From the NCBI GenBank assembly GCA_002256025.1, contig NKIB01014238.1, positions 1 to 45,622 of the forward strand: a stretch of DNA of 45,622 nt. The letters run 5' to 3'. Under the pieces are notes generated by a model. It was not told the DNA's origin and did not search any database. It saw only the letters and a list, made by a program, of their open reading frames with translations. The translations under genes and the position numbers were made by a program. Below, in pieces: positions 1 to 10,478 of the stretch (its first letter is position 1; each line of letters begins with the position of its first letter). This DNA comes from Asterionella formosa (taxonomy: Eukaryota).

Positions 1-645
1 CCGAAATGTTGGTCAATGGGTCAAACTTGAACTTTTCCCAAAAGTCAAGTTTATCACAGGTGATATTGAACTTGATGAAAGGGGACCAACTAGTCTGGCA
101 CTCTCATTTCGTGCTCACTTCCCAAGTCTATTCATGGGAACTGATAAGGACTTCGAGTCAATTTGGCAGACATATAAGAATGATATTAATAAAGTGATGT
201 CTGAGAAAAGAAATGCCGTTGTTACCACCACTCTCAAACATGCCTTTGCTAGTAAGTAAACACCTTGACTTGGTGGTATGCCTGATTTGTTCTTGACTTG
301 GTTAACATACTCATTGTTTACTACTTACAAATCATTGCATTCCAATCTACAAAACTTCAGGACTTTTTCGTGATGGTATGCACATTCATCTGAATAAGCA
401 TACCATCTCCAACAGCCGTTCTGTTTCTTTTCAGGAGACAGGTGATGGAGAAGGAACCAAGAATCATCCTTTCTTCCTTCTAGTTGAGTACTTTTATTCC
501 AGGGTTGGGCGAAAGCTGTCTTGGAAACAACAGTGTGCTAAGAAGCATGTCAGTGACATTGTTAGTGTTTCCGACGAGGTTTTGGTTTTTTCATTGTTGG
601 TCTTGGAGAATTGTTGGGATGTCTGGTTGCATAGATGCAGCAGTA
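1..645 (+). pseudogene. Broken coding remnant, probably of a repeat/TE-associated protein family
   Basis: Coding-like pieces lie in different frames (GQWVKLELFPKVKFIT; IWQTYKNDINKVMSEKRN; SWKQQCAKKHVSDIVSVSDEVLVFSLLVLENCWDVW). There is a possible GTAAGT donor near 252 and an abrupt end near 645. Family recognised only loosely. Confidence 0.4.
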
Positions 646-1200
646 TGTAGGCAACTGTTTCCCTTGGTTAACAGATATCCAAGGGAAAATGCATTGCTTA
701 GCTGATACTGTCCTAGAAATAGCACCATAAGGCATTTTTCCACCATTGTTAGCCTTCTTAGCTTCTAGCTCCCTAATCACATTGTTAAGACAAATCTGAA
801 CACTGACCAACTCTTCAGGAGACAATTTTTTTCGAGGCAAGACATTGCCTTGTCGAGGCGCTTTCGAGGTCATGATGTTGGTATTGTGATGGTTGATGGG
901 TGACTGTTGTGTGTTTGCATTTAATTCTTGTACTCATAATTCGGGCGCGCCAGGAATTCCTATTTGACGTTTTCCATTATTGAATCTATTTCTTTATTAC
1001 GGCGCACAAGCGAAAGCGCAATGATGTCGTAGCTATGTTAAATAAATTTTAGAGGATACTAAATTAGTTTTCTAGCGGAGGAATATTTTTATAGCTGTAT
1101 ACGTATATAAAAGGTGATGCTTGCTCAATCGAGTAAACGTGAAAATATCCAATTTTCGCAATTTCACGTCGACAGCAACCTTTGGGCGATAATACCTAAT
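645..1200 (-). mobile_element. Probable 5' end of a DNA transposon: truncated transposase-like N-terminus plus upstream leader
   Basis: ORF 873->562 has KKANNGGKMPYGAISRTV...FPWISVNQ, which resembles N-termini of pogo-like transposases (from memory). It loses coherence where it meets the + strand remnant. The element boundary near 1200 is a guess. Confidence 0.35.
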
Positions 1201-1328
1201 TAACAATGTAAACAATGCTACAATACAAGTACGGAAGTATTTACTCGCTATATAAATCTGAACAACTCTTTCGTGACAATAAATAGCGTATCTTGTAAAA
1301 TAAGTTCAAACCGTGCGTTTACTCCGTT

Positions 1329-1385
1329 TAGAGGTGGCTTACAGTTCAAAAGTGGCCGTAGCGGTGGCTTACAGTTTTTAAGTGG
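1329..1385 (+). repeat. Two-copy direct repeat, 30-bp period
   Basis: tagaggtggcttacagttcaaaagtgg (1329-1355) and tagcggtggcttacagtttttaagtgg (1359-1385). Confidence 0.85.
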
Positions 1386-1403
1386 TACCTGGTACCAAAC
1401 TCC

Positions 1404-3332
1404 ATGGCAGCTTCATCAACCATGATGCGCCCAACAAAAGAAGAATCTGATGGCATGTCTCGAGCCGCCAAGAAACGAGCCAAGAAGAAGCAAAAGAATC
1501 TTGAAAGCAGATCGGAAGATCTTATTATCGAAGAAGGGCCAATCAAGAAAAAGACAAAGAAGCGCCATGACGAAGAACGCGATATAAAACCGAAGAAAAA
1601 AGGGAACAAGAACGAGCGAGCCAAGGATATTGCTAGTCAATCAAAATTAGAGTCCGATCACGATGATGAGGCTAGTATGAATGATGATGAAGATGAGTTG
1701 AAGGATGAAAACAATGATGAAATCGACGAAATCGTCCAAGATTTGGTCAGCAAATTGACACCATGTCAGATTCTACTGTTCGATGAGCTTCAAGACCAGG
1801 AAGCAAAGAAGGATATGAATGGCGAGACGATAGATCTACGAGATCTTTTGCAAGAATTAACGACAAAGCAGCGAGCCAGCTGTTTGTTTCAGAGTATTCT
1901 GGACATGACCCTTGACGATTTTTATAATGAGTATTGGGAAAAACAACCCCTTTTGATTCAATCTCAAGCACCTACTCGATTCAATGGGCTCCTGTCCCTC
2001 GCATCCATAAAAGACATGATATCTTCGTATCCATTGGCGTATGGGCGGGACTTGAATGTGACTCGATACGACGATTTACTTGGAGAAGGAGTCAAGCGTA
2101 GAGTTACGTTGGATCAAATATCAGAGAAAGATCCAGTGATTGCAGACTCCAAGGATGTCTGGGCGAACTTTGAAAACGGAAACACGATTCGACTCTTGTG
2201 CCCTCATCAATATAATGACAAAGTTCATAGTCTCTTGTCAACATTGGAACTTGAATTGGGGTGCATGATTGGCGCAAATGCCTACTTGACCCCATCGGGT
2301 GAATCGCAAGGCTTTGCTCCCCACTACGACGATATCGATGCGTTTATATTGCAGCTAGAAGGTGTGAAGCACTGGAAAGTCTATGCACCTTTGAATAAGG
2401 CGGAAACTCTTCCCAGAGCTTCTTCAGCTGATTACACCGACAATGATCTGAAGGACGTTGAACCAGTTTTTGATGTGGTTTTAAATCCTGGTGATGTCCT
2501 GTACATGCCACGAGGGTGGATTCACCAGGCCATCACGACGCCCACCAATCAGCACTCCTTACATCTCACTGTCTCTGCCATGCAGAAGTGGGCTTGGTTT
2601 GACTATCTAGATATCTTGCTACCAGAGGCATTGGAAGCCGCAGCAGCTAGTGACACATTCACATCACTTCGAGAAGGCCTGCCTCGAAACTTTCTGGATT
2701 ATATGGGGACGGTTCATGAAGAGTCCGAAGTTCCAGAAGGACTCAAGCAAGCCATGACCTCCGCTGGTGGTGAAGATCCACCCTCACGTGAAGCCATGAT
2801 CAAGAACGCCCTTCGCCAAGCCTTCGCGGAAGAAACCAAGAAGCGAATTTTGCGCGTTACAAAAGAGGCTATTAAGATGATCGATGCTGCCTGCGATCAA
2901 ATTGGAAAGAGATTCTTGTCTGATCGATTGCCACCAGCTTTCATGGAGACAGAGCGATTGTTCACCAGTGAAAATAGGTCAGAAAATGGAGGTAAGATAT
3001 GGCCCAATACCATGGTCCGCCTTGCTCGCCCTGGTATTGCCCGGCTTGCCATTGAAGACGGCAAGGCAGTGCTGTATCATTGTGTGGACAATGCTCGCAT
3101 ATATCACGGCAACCCTTTATCTCCGTTAGAGTTCGAGTTAGACGATGCACCTGCACTTGAGTTGCTTTTGACAACTGTAGAACCAAGATGGATTCAAGTT
3201 CAAGACTTGATTCACGACGATATCGAGGACAAAATGGAACTCGCTCAGGCACTTTATGATGAAGGAATCTTGGCTATGCTCCAAACAGACAAGCCAGACA
3301 AGAGCGTGCAAACAGGTATGAATAAGAAATAG
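1404..3332 (+). CDS. RIOX1: JmjC ribosomal oxygenase / histone demethylase NO66
   Basis: 642-aa ORF with a K-rich/acidic N-terminus, FYNEYWEKQPLLI, GANAYLTP..SQGFAPHYDDIDAFILQLEGVKHWKVY and PGDVLYMPRGWIHQA (HxD...H triad), then SLHLTVS and LREGLP. Confidence 0.93.
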   Translation: MAASSTMMRPTKEESDGMSRAAKKRAKKKQKNLESRSEDLIIEEGPIKKKTKKRHDEERDIKPKKKGNKNERAKDIASQSKLESDHDDEASMNDDEDELKDENNDEIDEIVQDLVSKLTPCQILLFDELQDQEAKKDMNGETIDLRDLLQELTTKQRASCLFQSILDMTLDDFYNEYWEKQPLLIQSQAPTRFNGLLSLASIKDMISSYPLAYGRDLNVTRYDDLLGEGVKRRVTLDQISEKDPVIADSKDVWANFENGNTIRLLCPHQYNDKVHSLLSTLELELGCMIGANAYLTPSGESQGFAPHYDDIDAFILQLEGVKHWKVYAPLNKAETLPRASSADYTDNDLKDVEPVFDVVLNPGDVLYMPRGWIHQAITTPTNQHSLHLTVSAMQKWAWFDYLDILLPEALEAAAASDTFTSLREGLPRNFLDYMGTVHEESEVPEGLKQAMTSAGGEDPPSREAMIKNALRQAFAEETKKRILRVTKEAIKMIDAACDQIGKRFLSDRLPPAFMETERLFTSENRSENGGKIWPNTMVRLARPGIARLAIEDGKAVLYHCVDNARIYHGNPLSPLEFELDDAPALELLLTTVEPRWIQVQDLIHDDIEDKMELAQALYDEGILAMLQTDKPDKSVQTGMNKK

Positions 3333-3657
3333 TTTCATTTCGGAGTCAGGTTGCTTCACCATAAATCATCTTGCCTAAAGGGGAAGATATGTCCTTATCG
3401 TTCATCATGAGGCTTTGCAGCAACAAGATATCTAGAGTCTGGAACAAAGTAAAAACGTTATATTTGGGCGTTGTTACAAGAAAAATGTTGATGATAGCCG
3501 AAAATTTTCAATTCAGTACCCGCTGTGAGAGAACGTTTCGGTCGACAATAGTAATGGCTACTTTGACCTATCAATACCCTTAAGGTTCTACCTCCTAACC
3601 TACAATTAAGACGGCATATAAAACCCAACTCAAAAACAAGTCTTTTTAATTCCAAGA

Positions 3658-5028
3658 TTAACTCACATTTCGCTGTCGCAGCTCACGCATTTCCAGGCCA
3701 CCATCGGTAAATTCGATCGCCGCAATATTCGTTTGCGGTCGCACATTGATATTTGTTTTCATTCTGACATCGTCCTGGGTCTCGGCATACTCCGCGACAG
3801 GAGACGGCGCCATTTCATACATAAAAATGCCACTCAGAACCATAAAGAGTCCTACGAAAAAGAAAGGACGTGGCAGAATGTCTTGTGCTACTACGGAAAA
3901 AGTGGTGGTGTACAAGTCGGATGTAAGCATGGAAAGATTCAGCAAGGCAGCTTCAGAAATCAAAACGAAATAGGATAGGGCTGTTTTACGAATCACTTGG
4001 CATGCAATGTATGCAGCGAGGAGTAACAGCGATATCTGTGCAGAACATGCGCCATCGTGGAAAAATCCAGCAATAGCTTGGCGTTCAAAAATGGCAGCTT
4101 GGATACCTGCCAAAAGAATACCCCACAAAGAAAGGATGGCCAAATATTCATGGATCCCACCATTATTTCGGACGCAAATCTCAGCTAAGACGTCATTGAT
4201 TCCATACAATATTCCTCCACAAATAGCCAAAGCATCACCTATCAGCTTGTGGGGATATTCGTCTGAACCATCGTCGCGTTCTTGATCACCCGATATGGTC
4301 TTAATGGATATACTTGATGTTTCCGCATTGTTATTCAGATAATTGGACATGAAATCACTAATGATATTGATCGCCATGCCCAACAAACAAATCGCAGCGC
4401 CGAGCAAGTGCGCAAATCGATAATTGCGCTTCAATACAGCAGCCGACAAAATCATGGCTGATGGAATGGCGAGTGCATCAAAGAGCGCCGCGGATGTGAG
4501 TGTCGTGAACCGCAAGGCCAACATCATTAGATAATTTGCCTCGAATCCAATGAAGACAACACCAAGGTACCTCCATGGGGACATATGTAAAGGGAGAGTG
4601 CCTCTGAGAATCCAGTGCGGTGGGTCTGGCAAAGTATTGTCGGCTTTAATTCGCAGTCCTTGGCGATAAAGAGGAATTATGTTTATTGAAAGAATGAGAA
4701 AAACAAAAATATTTGTAAAGGCAGGGGCAGAAAGGTTACAACGGAGAAAGAGGGTAGATTGTGTTGCCCAAAGTGACGCCATCATTAAACTGATAAACTG
4801 GCCAAATAGCAGAATTTTGTAATGACTTGTGGTGTGCAAGATTCCTTCTCGTATCGATGCGAGTGTATGGGTTGCAACGGAAGATTCCAGTGATCCATCA
4901 TCGTCATGGAATTGTTCAATGTCAACGGCAGTGGTGGCCATGGGTTCATCGACGAAGTAATCATTGACGCGCATCTTGCGATCAACAGCAGCGGCCCGGA
5001 CGGACTTGAGTTTGGCAGAGTCGGGCAT
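3658..5028 (-). CDS. SLC35F1/F2-like (DUF914) DMT-superfamily transporter
   Basis: About 10 hydrophobic segments, with LLFGQFISL, EANYLMMLALRFTTLTSAALFD, GDALAICGGILYGINDVLAE and SEAALLNLSMLTSDLY. Start placed at the first ATG (MPDSAK, 5028). Confidence 0.88.
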   Translation of the reverse strand: MPDSAKLKSVRAAAVDRKMRVNDYFVDEPMATTAVDIEQFHDDDGSLESSVATHTLASIREGILHTTSHYKILLFGQFISLMMASLWATQSTLFLRCNLSAPAFTNIFVFLILSINIIPLYRQGLRIKADNTLPDPPHWILRGTLPLHMSPWRYLGVVFIGFEANYLMMLALRFTTLTSAALFDALAIPSAMILSAAVLKRNYRFAHLLGAAICLLGMAINIISDFMSNYLNNNAETSSISIKTISGDQERDDGSDEYPHKLIGDALAICGGILYGINDVLAEICVRNNGGIHEYLAILSLWGILLAGIQAAIFERQAIAGFFHDGACSAQISLLLLAAYIACQVIRKTALSYFVLISEAALLNLSMLTSDLYTTTFSVVAQDILPRPFFFVGLFMVLSGIFMYEMAPSPVAEYAETQDDVRMKTNINVRPQTNIAAIEFTDGGLEMRELRQRNVS

Positions 5029-5826
5029 TTTGAGGTGCAGCTTAGGCCTAACGACTGATGATTCAATGGAGCGACAACCAGCGGCTTTCCCTTGGCATAC
5101 TTGCTCACACACCCAACTAAGATGTCTGTTTCATCAGTTTATGTGCGATAATATCCATCTTGAGTTTTGCTTCGCCCTTGATTGCGTTTCCGTGCTTCCT
5201 CGATGCTGCCAGAGGATGATGGTCATAGATACTATTAGGTACCGGGTAGGCGCAGTCATAGTCATTACTAGTCATAATGACAATGATTTATTAGGTTGCC
5301 ACCAAAATGCCGGTAATGTCTGTGGGCTGAATGCATCCTATGAAATAATCACTTGCAAGACTACAAATAGGTAGGGCCGGTCTATTCTAGTGATGACTTA
5401 ATACCGGTATACGACCGGAAATAAAATAGATGCATAACCCTATCAATGCTGGATTTAGACCTAGTATATATTTATACACATAAAAGAGTTAAAATATAAC
5501 AACGCACAAGACAAAACTCTACTTACAATATTCCCTGTGTGCGAATCTTTTACTCCATACATATACCGGTATACACATTCATGTTGTGTACACGTAGTCA
5601 CACTGTGGCCTGACAAGTTCATGCTCCAGCACAAAATTCATCATCTAACTTTTTCATGGTCCAGGTTAACTCCACTTTCAATAAACTTGCATACAGGAAA
5701 CAGCTAAAGAGTACGATAGAGTGGAACCATAATCTAAGCGAGTGTACATGTTCTTAATATTTATTTGTAGTGATTCTACCTGTATACTTTTGCAATTGTA
5801 TATACACTTTGGAGAAAGGGTCTTCC

Positions 5827-7209
5827 TCACGCAATTGTCAAAAGATATTCTTGAAGCGAATCTGCTTCGGCAGCTTGTCGTAACTTCTGTAAACATGAAG
5901 ATGCCAATTGCTGGACTCTCGTCTTACTCAAACCCATGCAGTCAGCACACTCCTGAATCGACCGGGTTTGTCCGTCAACGAGCCCATATCGCAATCGCAT
6001 AAGACGAGCTTCTCGTGCATCCAAGTTACGGGCCAGTGTGGCCACAACGTCGGCATGAAGTTGTGTTCGTTCAGCGATACCAGCATCTTCCATGAGATGC
6101 TTATCATTTAGTAGAGAGCCACTACCTGAGTCTTCACCCGATCTAGATTTGGAATTGTATTCATAATCCAGCGACAGAAGCGACTTGGTCTGAGTCATTT
6201 TACGAGACACGATACGGAATTCCTCAATGTTCATTTCGCATCGATTCGCCACTTCGTCTTGTGTTGGTACACGGCCTAGTTCAGAGGAAAGGTCCTTGTA
6301 AGCCACTTTCATCTTTTTCCACTTCGCCTTTTCGCGAAGTGGGACTGCAATGGGTTCCTTGACATGTGAGTTGCTTAGCATGCCCTTGATCCAAATTGTT
6401 GCATATGTACTGAAGCGAAGACCTCGGGAAGGATCAAAAAGCTCTGCCGCACGCATGAGTCCCAATGAGCCTTCTTGTATTAATTCCTCTGTACCAATAC
6501 CAGTGCTGACGGTGTTTCCAGAGTACTGAGACTTGACAATGGCATGAACAAGTCCAATGTTTGCCGATACCAAAAGCTGTTTGGATTGTCGGTATTGAGT
6601 CACCAATCGCCGAAGATCCTTGGTCGATTCTAAATCCGCTAAGGCCACCCATTCCTTCTTGCTGATTTCTCGACCATGGTGACTTTCAAAATCCGTCTTT
6701 ACTTTATGCAATGCAACTCCCTGCTGAATTTTCCGTGCCAGCAGAAGTTCTTGCTCTGGTGTGATCCGTCTCAACGAGAAGTTCAAGGAATGCTGTGTCT
6801 GCTTAGTCTTGCCTTTGCGTGACAGCGCAGTGACAGCCGGTTTCGGGAGTTGTTGAGGGAGGGTTGACATGGCAACCTTTTCCAACATGGTAGCATCACG
6901 AACGTATTCGTCCAAAAACCGATTTGGTGACTTGCTGGCGGAGTCAATTTGTTGCTGCAGGGTGCGTTCGACAACTTCGGATCCAATACCAGCCTGCAGC
7001 TCCTGAACCTCAAATAGATCGTCTTCAAGTAAGTCTCCGTAAAATAGGTCGTCATGAATGTCTCCAACAAACTCGTCCGTCCAGCTAATGCGCTCCGTGA
7101 TTGTTCTCGTTGATTTGGTGCCGTACGATGTGCTGGATGTTCGCATTGTAGTGGACAAGCCGTTGGTAGCTGGGAGAGCTAGGAGAAGAAGAGAGCAGAG
7201 TAATAACAT
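5827..7209 (-). CDS. Nucleus-encoded, probably plastid-targeted sigma-70 RNA polymerase sigma factor
   Basis: Region 2 LVSANIGLVHAIV..EELIQEGSLGLMRAAELFDPSRGLRFSTYA, region 3 LGRVPTQDEVA and region 4 LDAREARLMRLRYGL. Signal peptide MLLLCSLLLLALPATNG|L followed by an S/T-rich transit-like stretch favours the ATG at 7209 over the ORF start at 7317. Confidence 0.92.
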   Translation of the reverse strand: MLLLCSLLLLALPATNGLSTTMRTSSTSYGTKSTRTITERISWTDEFVGDIHDDLFYGDLLEDDLFEVQELQAGIGSEVVERTLQQQIDSASKSPNRFLDEYVRDATMLEKVAMSTLPQQLPKPAVTALSRKGKTKQTQHSLNFSLRRITPEQELLLARKIQQGVALHKVKTDFESHHGREISKKEWVALADLESTKDLRRLVTQYRQSKQLLVSANIGLVHAIVKSQYSGNTVSTGIGTEELIQEGSLGLMRAAELFDPSRGLRFSTYATIWIKGMLSNSHVKEPIAVPLREKAKWKKMKVAYKDLSSELGRVPTQDEVANRCEMNIEEFRIVSRKMTQTKSLLSLDYEYNSKSRSGEDSGSGSLLNDKHLMEDAGIAERTQLHADVVATLARNLDAREARLMRLRYGLVDGQTRSIQECADCMGLSKTRVQQLASSCLQKLRQAAEADSLQEYLLTIA

Positions 7210-9233
7210 TGTGTCTCGTCGTGTGTGCTTTGGAGATAATTCAGATGAAAAGTTCAACGTAGGCGCAGCGTGCCCTTTAGTTGAAAAGGGCGATGATGGG
7301 CAGGAGTGTTGTTGCATTCTTTGCGTTATGTGGGGCTTCAGCGTGTTAGCTAGATCGAAATAGGGTCAACAAAAACGGAATAATGAAGGAAGTCTGGTGA
7401 ATGGGAACCACCAAGCTCAATGGATGACGGAGGAAAGCAAACAACTCAGTGGTCGATGACACGTTAAGCTTTGATGATGCACAAAGGATTCTACGTGGCG
7501 AACAGTATGACAATAACACCCCATGCTCATACAAATTCTACGCATGGTAAGAAACAAGAAGAACTCAAAACATTGTCATTCGAAAAAGATACGTCGAAAC
7601 GTACACGAGGCCGAAAATCAGCCACCCAGCTTCCAGTTGATGAGAACTCTGAGCTAGCACCGTCATTCTCCGTTGAGGCCGGCCATTTGGTTTGACACGG
7701 TAACATATAAATGATCTGCAAAATCGGGCAATATCAAAACTGCACAGCTAATTTGATTGGATATGATGTTGCCAGTGTATATGCCCTTTCCATTCTGAGT
7801 CACCGGCTAACTGGGCAGGTTGTGTAATCATTCAAGGATACCGTACATACTGAGCGATGGCACCTAATACCTGGTACATGGTACCGGTGCCATTTACCTG
7901 GTACTCCAGGTACTCCGTCTGTTCAGGTATACTTGTAACCAATCTTTAGGTCACTGTCTCACATGAAGCGCAATCTCCGCTGACAATTTTCCGTGTAGTA
8001 GCCCCTCCTATTTAAAAATTATTCCGGACATATTGGTGTATATAATATATATGTTCTAAATGGTCTACAAATAGGCGAACTTGGCTTCATTTATTGGCGT
8101 TTTTCGTAGAATCGCGCCCTGATAGGAATGTTTTCTCTGGACTTTCCCCCTCCCCCCCTTTTTTCGTTGACTCTTCATTAGTCAATAGGCATAGAAGAAG
8201 GATTTGACACCAGAACAGTGACAATACATTTTCGATTGCTCGCTTCAAAGCCTCAAAAGGGACAAGATCGGAGTCACCTTCATGAAAGGTGGTTGGGGAC
8301 TCACCTATGCTAACAAAAGTAGGGAAGTACAGGTCTTGTTGGCAGGTAGCACAATGAAAAACTTAAAACTTGCCAAAAGAGATAGGGGAGTATAAATGGG
8401 CTATAAAACAGATTAATTATTTTAGTAGGTGAACACGAATTCGATGATCAGAACATGGCTCAGATTTATTGTATATAATCTTTAGCAAGAAACTGCAGAA
8501 GGGAACTTCGGGTTTTTACAATGCCAATCAAATATAGTGATTTCCCCCGAAATTTCTACTATGGTAGTCTTCTTTATAGCATATGGGTATTAAAAACTCG
8601 CCAGATCCTATTTATTGACGTTATATAGAGTTGACCAAATACCATTACTTTGATCAATGACTGTATCTAAGCATAGCTATTGAAAGGGTGTATATTGGTG
8701 AAGCTCCGTTTAGTGATAAACATTCACATTTTACTCGTAAGAAGTGTTTGTATGACTACTCTGACTTAATATTATATTTTTAACCCTACCTCGATAGTAG
8801 GGTTGAAATGCAGGAACCTGAAGACCTTCCCTAAGTGCGCATAAAACGTGCCCTACCGGGCCTTCCAGGTAAAAAAGATTTTGCTTACGCACCTGCATGT
8901 ACTACCAGTAGTATTCTTGCCACTGTCATCATCATCATGTACCAGGTATGGTACCAGGTACAAGGTACTAGCTACTAGCGGTAAAAGAATTGCAGTTATC
9001 GGTAGTACATATGTGCATGGCATCATGATGATGATGATGATGATAATAAGTAGAGTTATCGATGGCTGAACAAGTGAATTTTCAAAGGGATGAAAGAATG
9101 GGTTTCATATTGCGAATAGCCTCCCGATATTGATCAGTCGCTCATCTATAGATCTTTGCTTTCTTAGAATTCTTAAGTAACTTGACTTTTGTCAAAAGCT
9201 TAAGCCTCTCCAAACTGTCCATTGAAAATTAAA

Positions 9234-10478
9234 ATGAAGAAAATCCCCTCGTCAGCGATAATCGTGTTGGTGTCAACCCTTTCAGCACTGCCTTCCAATG
9301 CCTTTGTGATCCAATCAATCAGTAGACTGTCACTACACTTTGCTTTTCAACTGGACGCTATGAAAGCAAAGCGATTTGAGCACTGCTTGGCCATTCTGAC
9401 CATGCCTGAAACCTCCCTGGACAAGATTGCCAACGAAGCCATTTTGGAAACTTCCTTACAACACAGTCGCAAACTAAGTGTCGTCTTGCGAGAGTCCGAT
9501 TCGCTCAGCAGTACTCACTCCATTTATTCGTTGCGAAAATACGTCGGCGAAGTGTACTCCACATTGTGGGACTGTACAATGGGACAGGGAGAACTCATGG
9601 ATGTTGTTGTGTATCCACAAAATTTACCCAATGCAGCTCCGGAACAATGGATCCATCAATTGGATGACTTGCAAGTTGTGTGTTCCCATGACAGCATTTG
9701 TGGCTGGACATCGAATACTGCTGGTGGATCGGGCGTAAGATTCAAAGACACGGGTGGGAAAGGTGGATTGGACGCCCATGTCAAAGCCATCAACGTGGAT
9801 CGTACCCGACGGGGTTTGTCGCCGGTGCAAGCACTGCACGTTGATCCGTGGCCTCAAGGCGCGTGTGTGGACTTTACTGCAAACCAGGTCCTCTTTCTAG
9901 ACGACGATGTTATGGATTCCACAAAAACAGGAGAAGAGGATGATTCCATTGTCACCACGTCCTTTCTTGGAGGCGCCCGCATTCCATCGTCCTCGCTCTT
10001 CCAATCAGTGGCTGTTGGTGGCACCTTTGACAGTATGCACTATGGACATCGCAAGTTGCTCACCCTGGCTGTCTCATCGGTTGCTCCACAAACTGGAAAG
10101 TTACTAATTGGAGTCACTCAAGACCGCATGCTGCAGAATAAAAAATTCAGCGAGCTCATTCCTACACTAGATGAGAGAATCAAAGGGGTCAAAGACTTCA
10201 TCTATCGTTTGGCGCCTGGCATGAAAAATCGGTTGCGCATAGAACCTATTGGGGATTCGTTTGGGCCACCGGGCATGGGAGATGGAGGAGACTTTGATGC
10301 ATTAGTGCTTTCTCATGAAACATTGGAGACTGGGAAGAAACTCAATGATCATCGGATGCAAGTGTTGAGGGCGAAACCATTGATATTGCTTTGTACGAGG
10401 AGGACAGAGCCTTATGGTATGAGTAGTACAGCACTGCGCAAGCTGAAAAACTTGAAACATGAAGCTGGGGTGGACTAA
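9234..10478 (+). CDS. Phosphopantetheine adenylyltransferase (eukaryotic/archaeal CoaD type) with plastid presequence and extra N-terminal domain
   Basis: VAVGGTFDSMHYGHRKLLT (HxGH), DSFGP, DALVLSHET and MSSTALR. Signal peptide ends SNA|FVIQS, an ASAFAP-type junction. Confidence 0.85.
   Translation: MKKIPSSAIIVLVSTLSALPSNAFVIQSISRLSLHFAFQLDAMKAKRFEHCLAILTMPETSLDKIANEAILETSLQHSRKLSVVLRESDSLSSTHSIYSLRKYVGEVYSTLWDCTMGQGELMDVVVYPQNLPNAAPEQWIHQLDDLQVVCSHDSICGWTSNTAGGSGVRFKDTGGKGGLDAHVKAINVDRTRRGLSPVQALHVDPWPQGACVDFTANQVLFLDDDVMDSTKTGEEDDSIVTTSFLGGARIPSSSLFQSVAVGGTFDSMHYGHRKLLTLAVSSVAPQTGKLLIGVTQDRMLQNKKFSELIPTLDERIKGVKDFIYRLAPGMKNRLRIEPIGDSFGPPGMGDGGDFDALVLSHETLETGKKLNDHRMQVLRAKPLILLCTRRTEPYGMSSTALRKLKNLKHEAGVD

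Noticed and set aside
5827..7317. Sigma-70 gene as evidence of bacterial contamination or recent HGT
   Set aside because: It has a signal and transit-like presequence and sits among intron-containing eukaryotic genes. Nuclear plastid sigma factors are expected in algae.
7990..8850. AT-rich intergenic blocks (also 10500-11650) as possible non-autonomous TEs
   Set aside because: I could not identify TIRs, target-site duplications or coding homology by eye.
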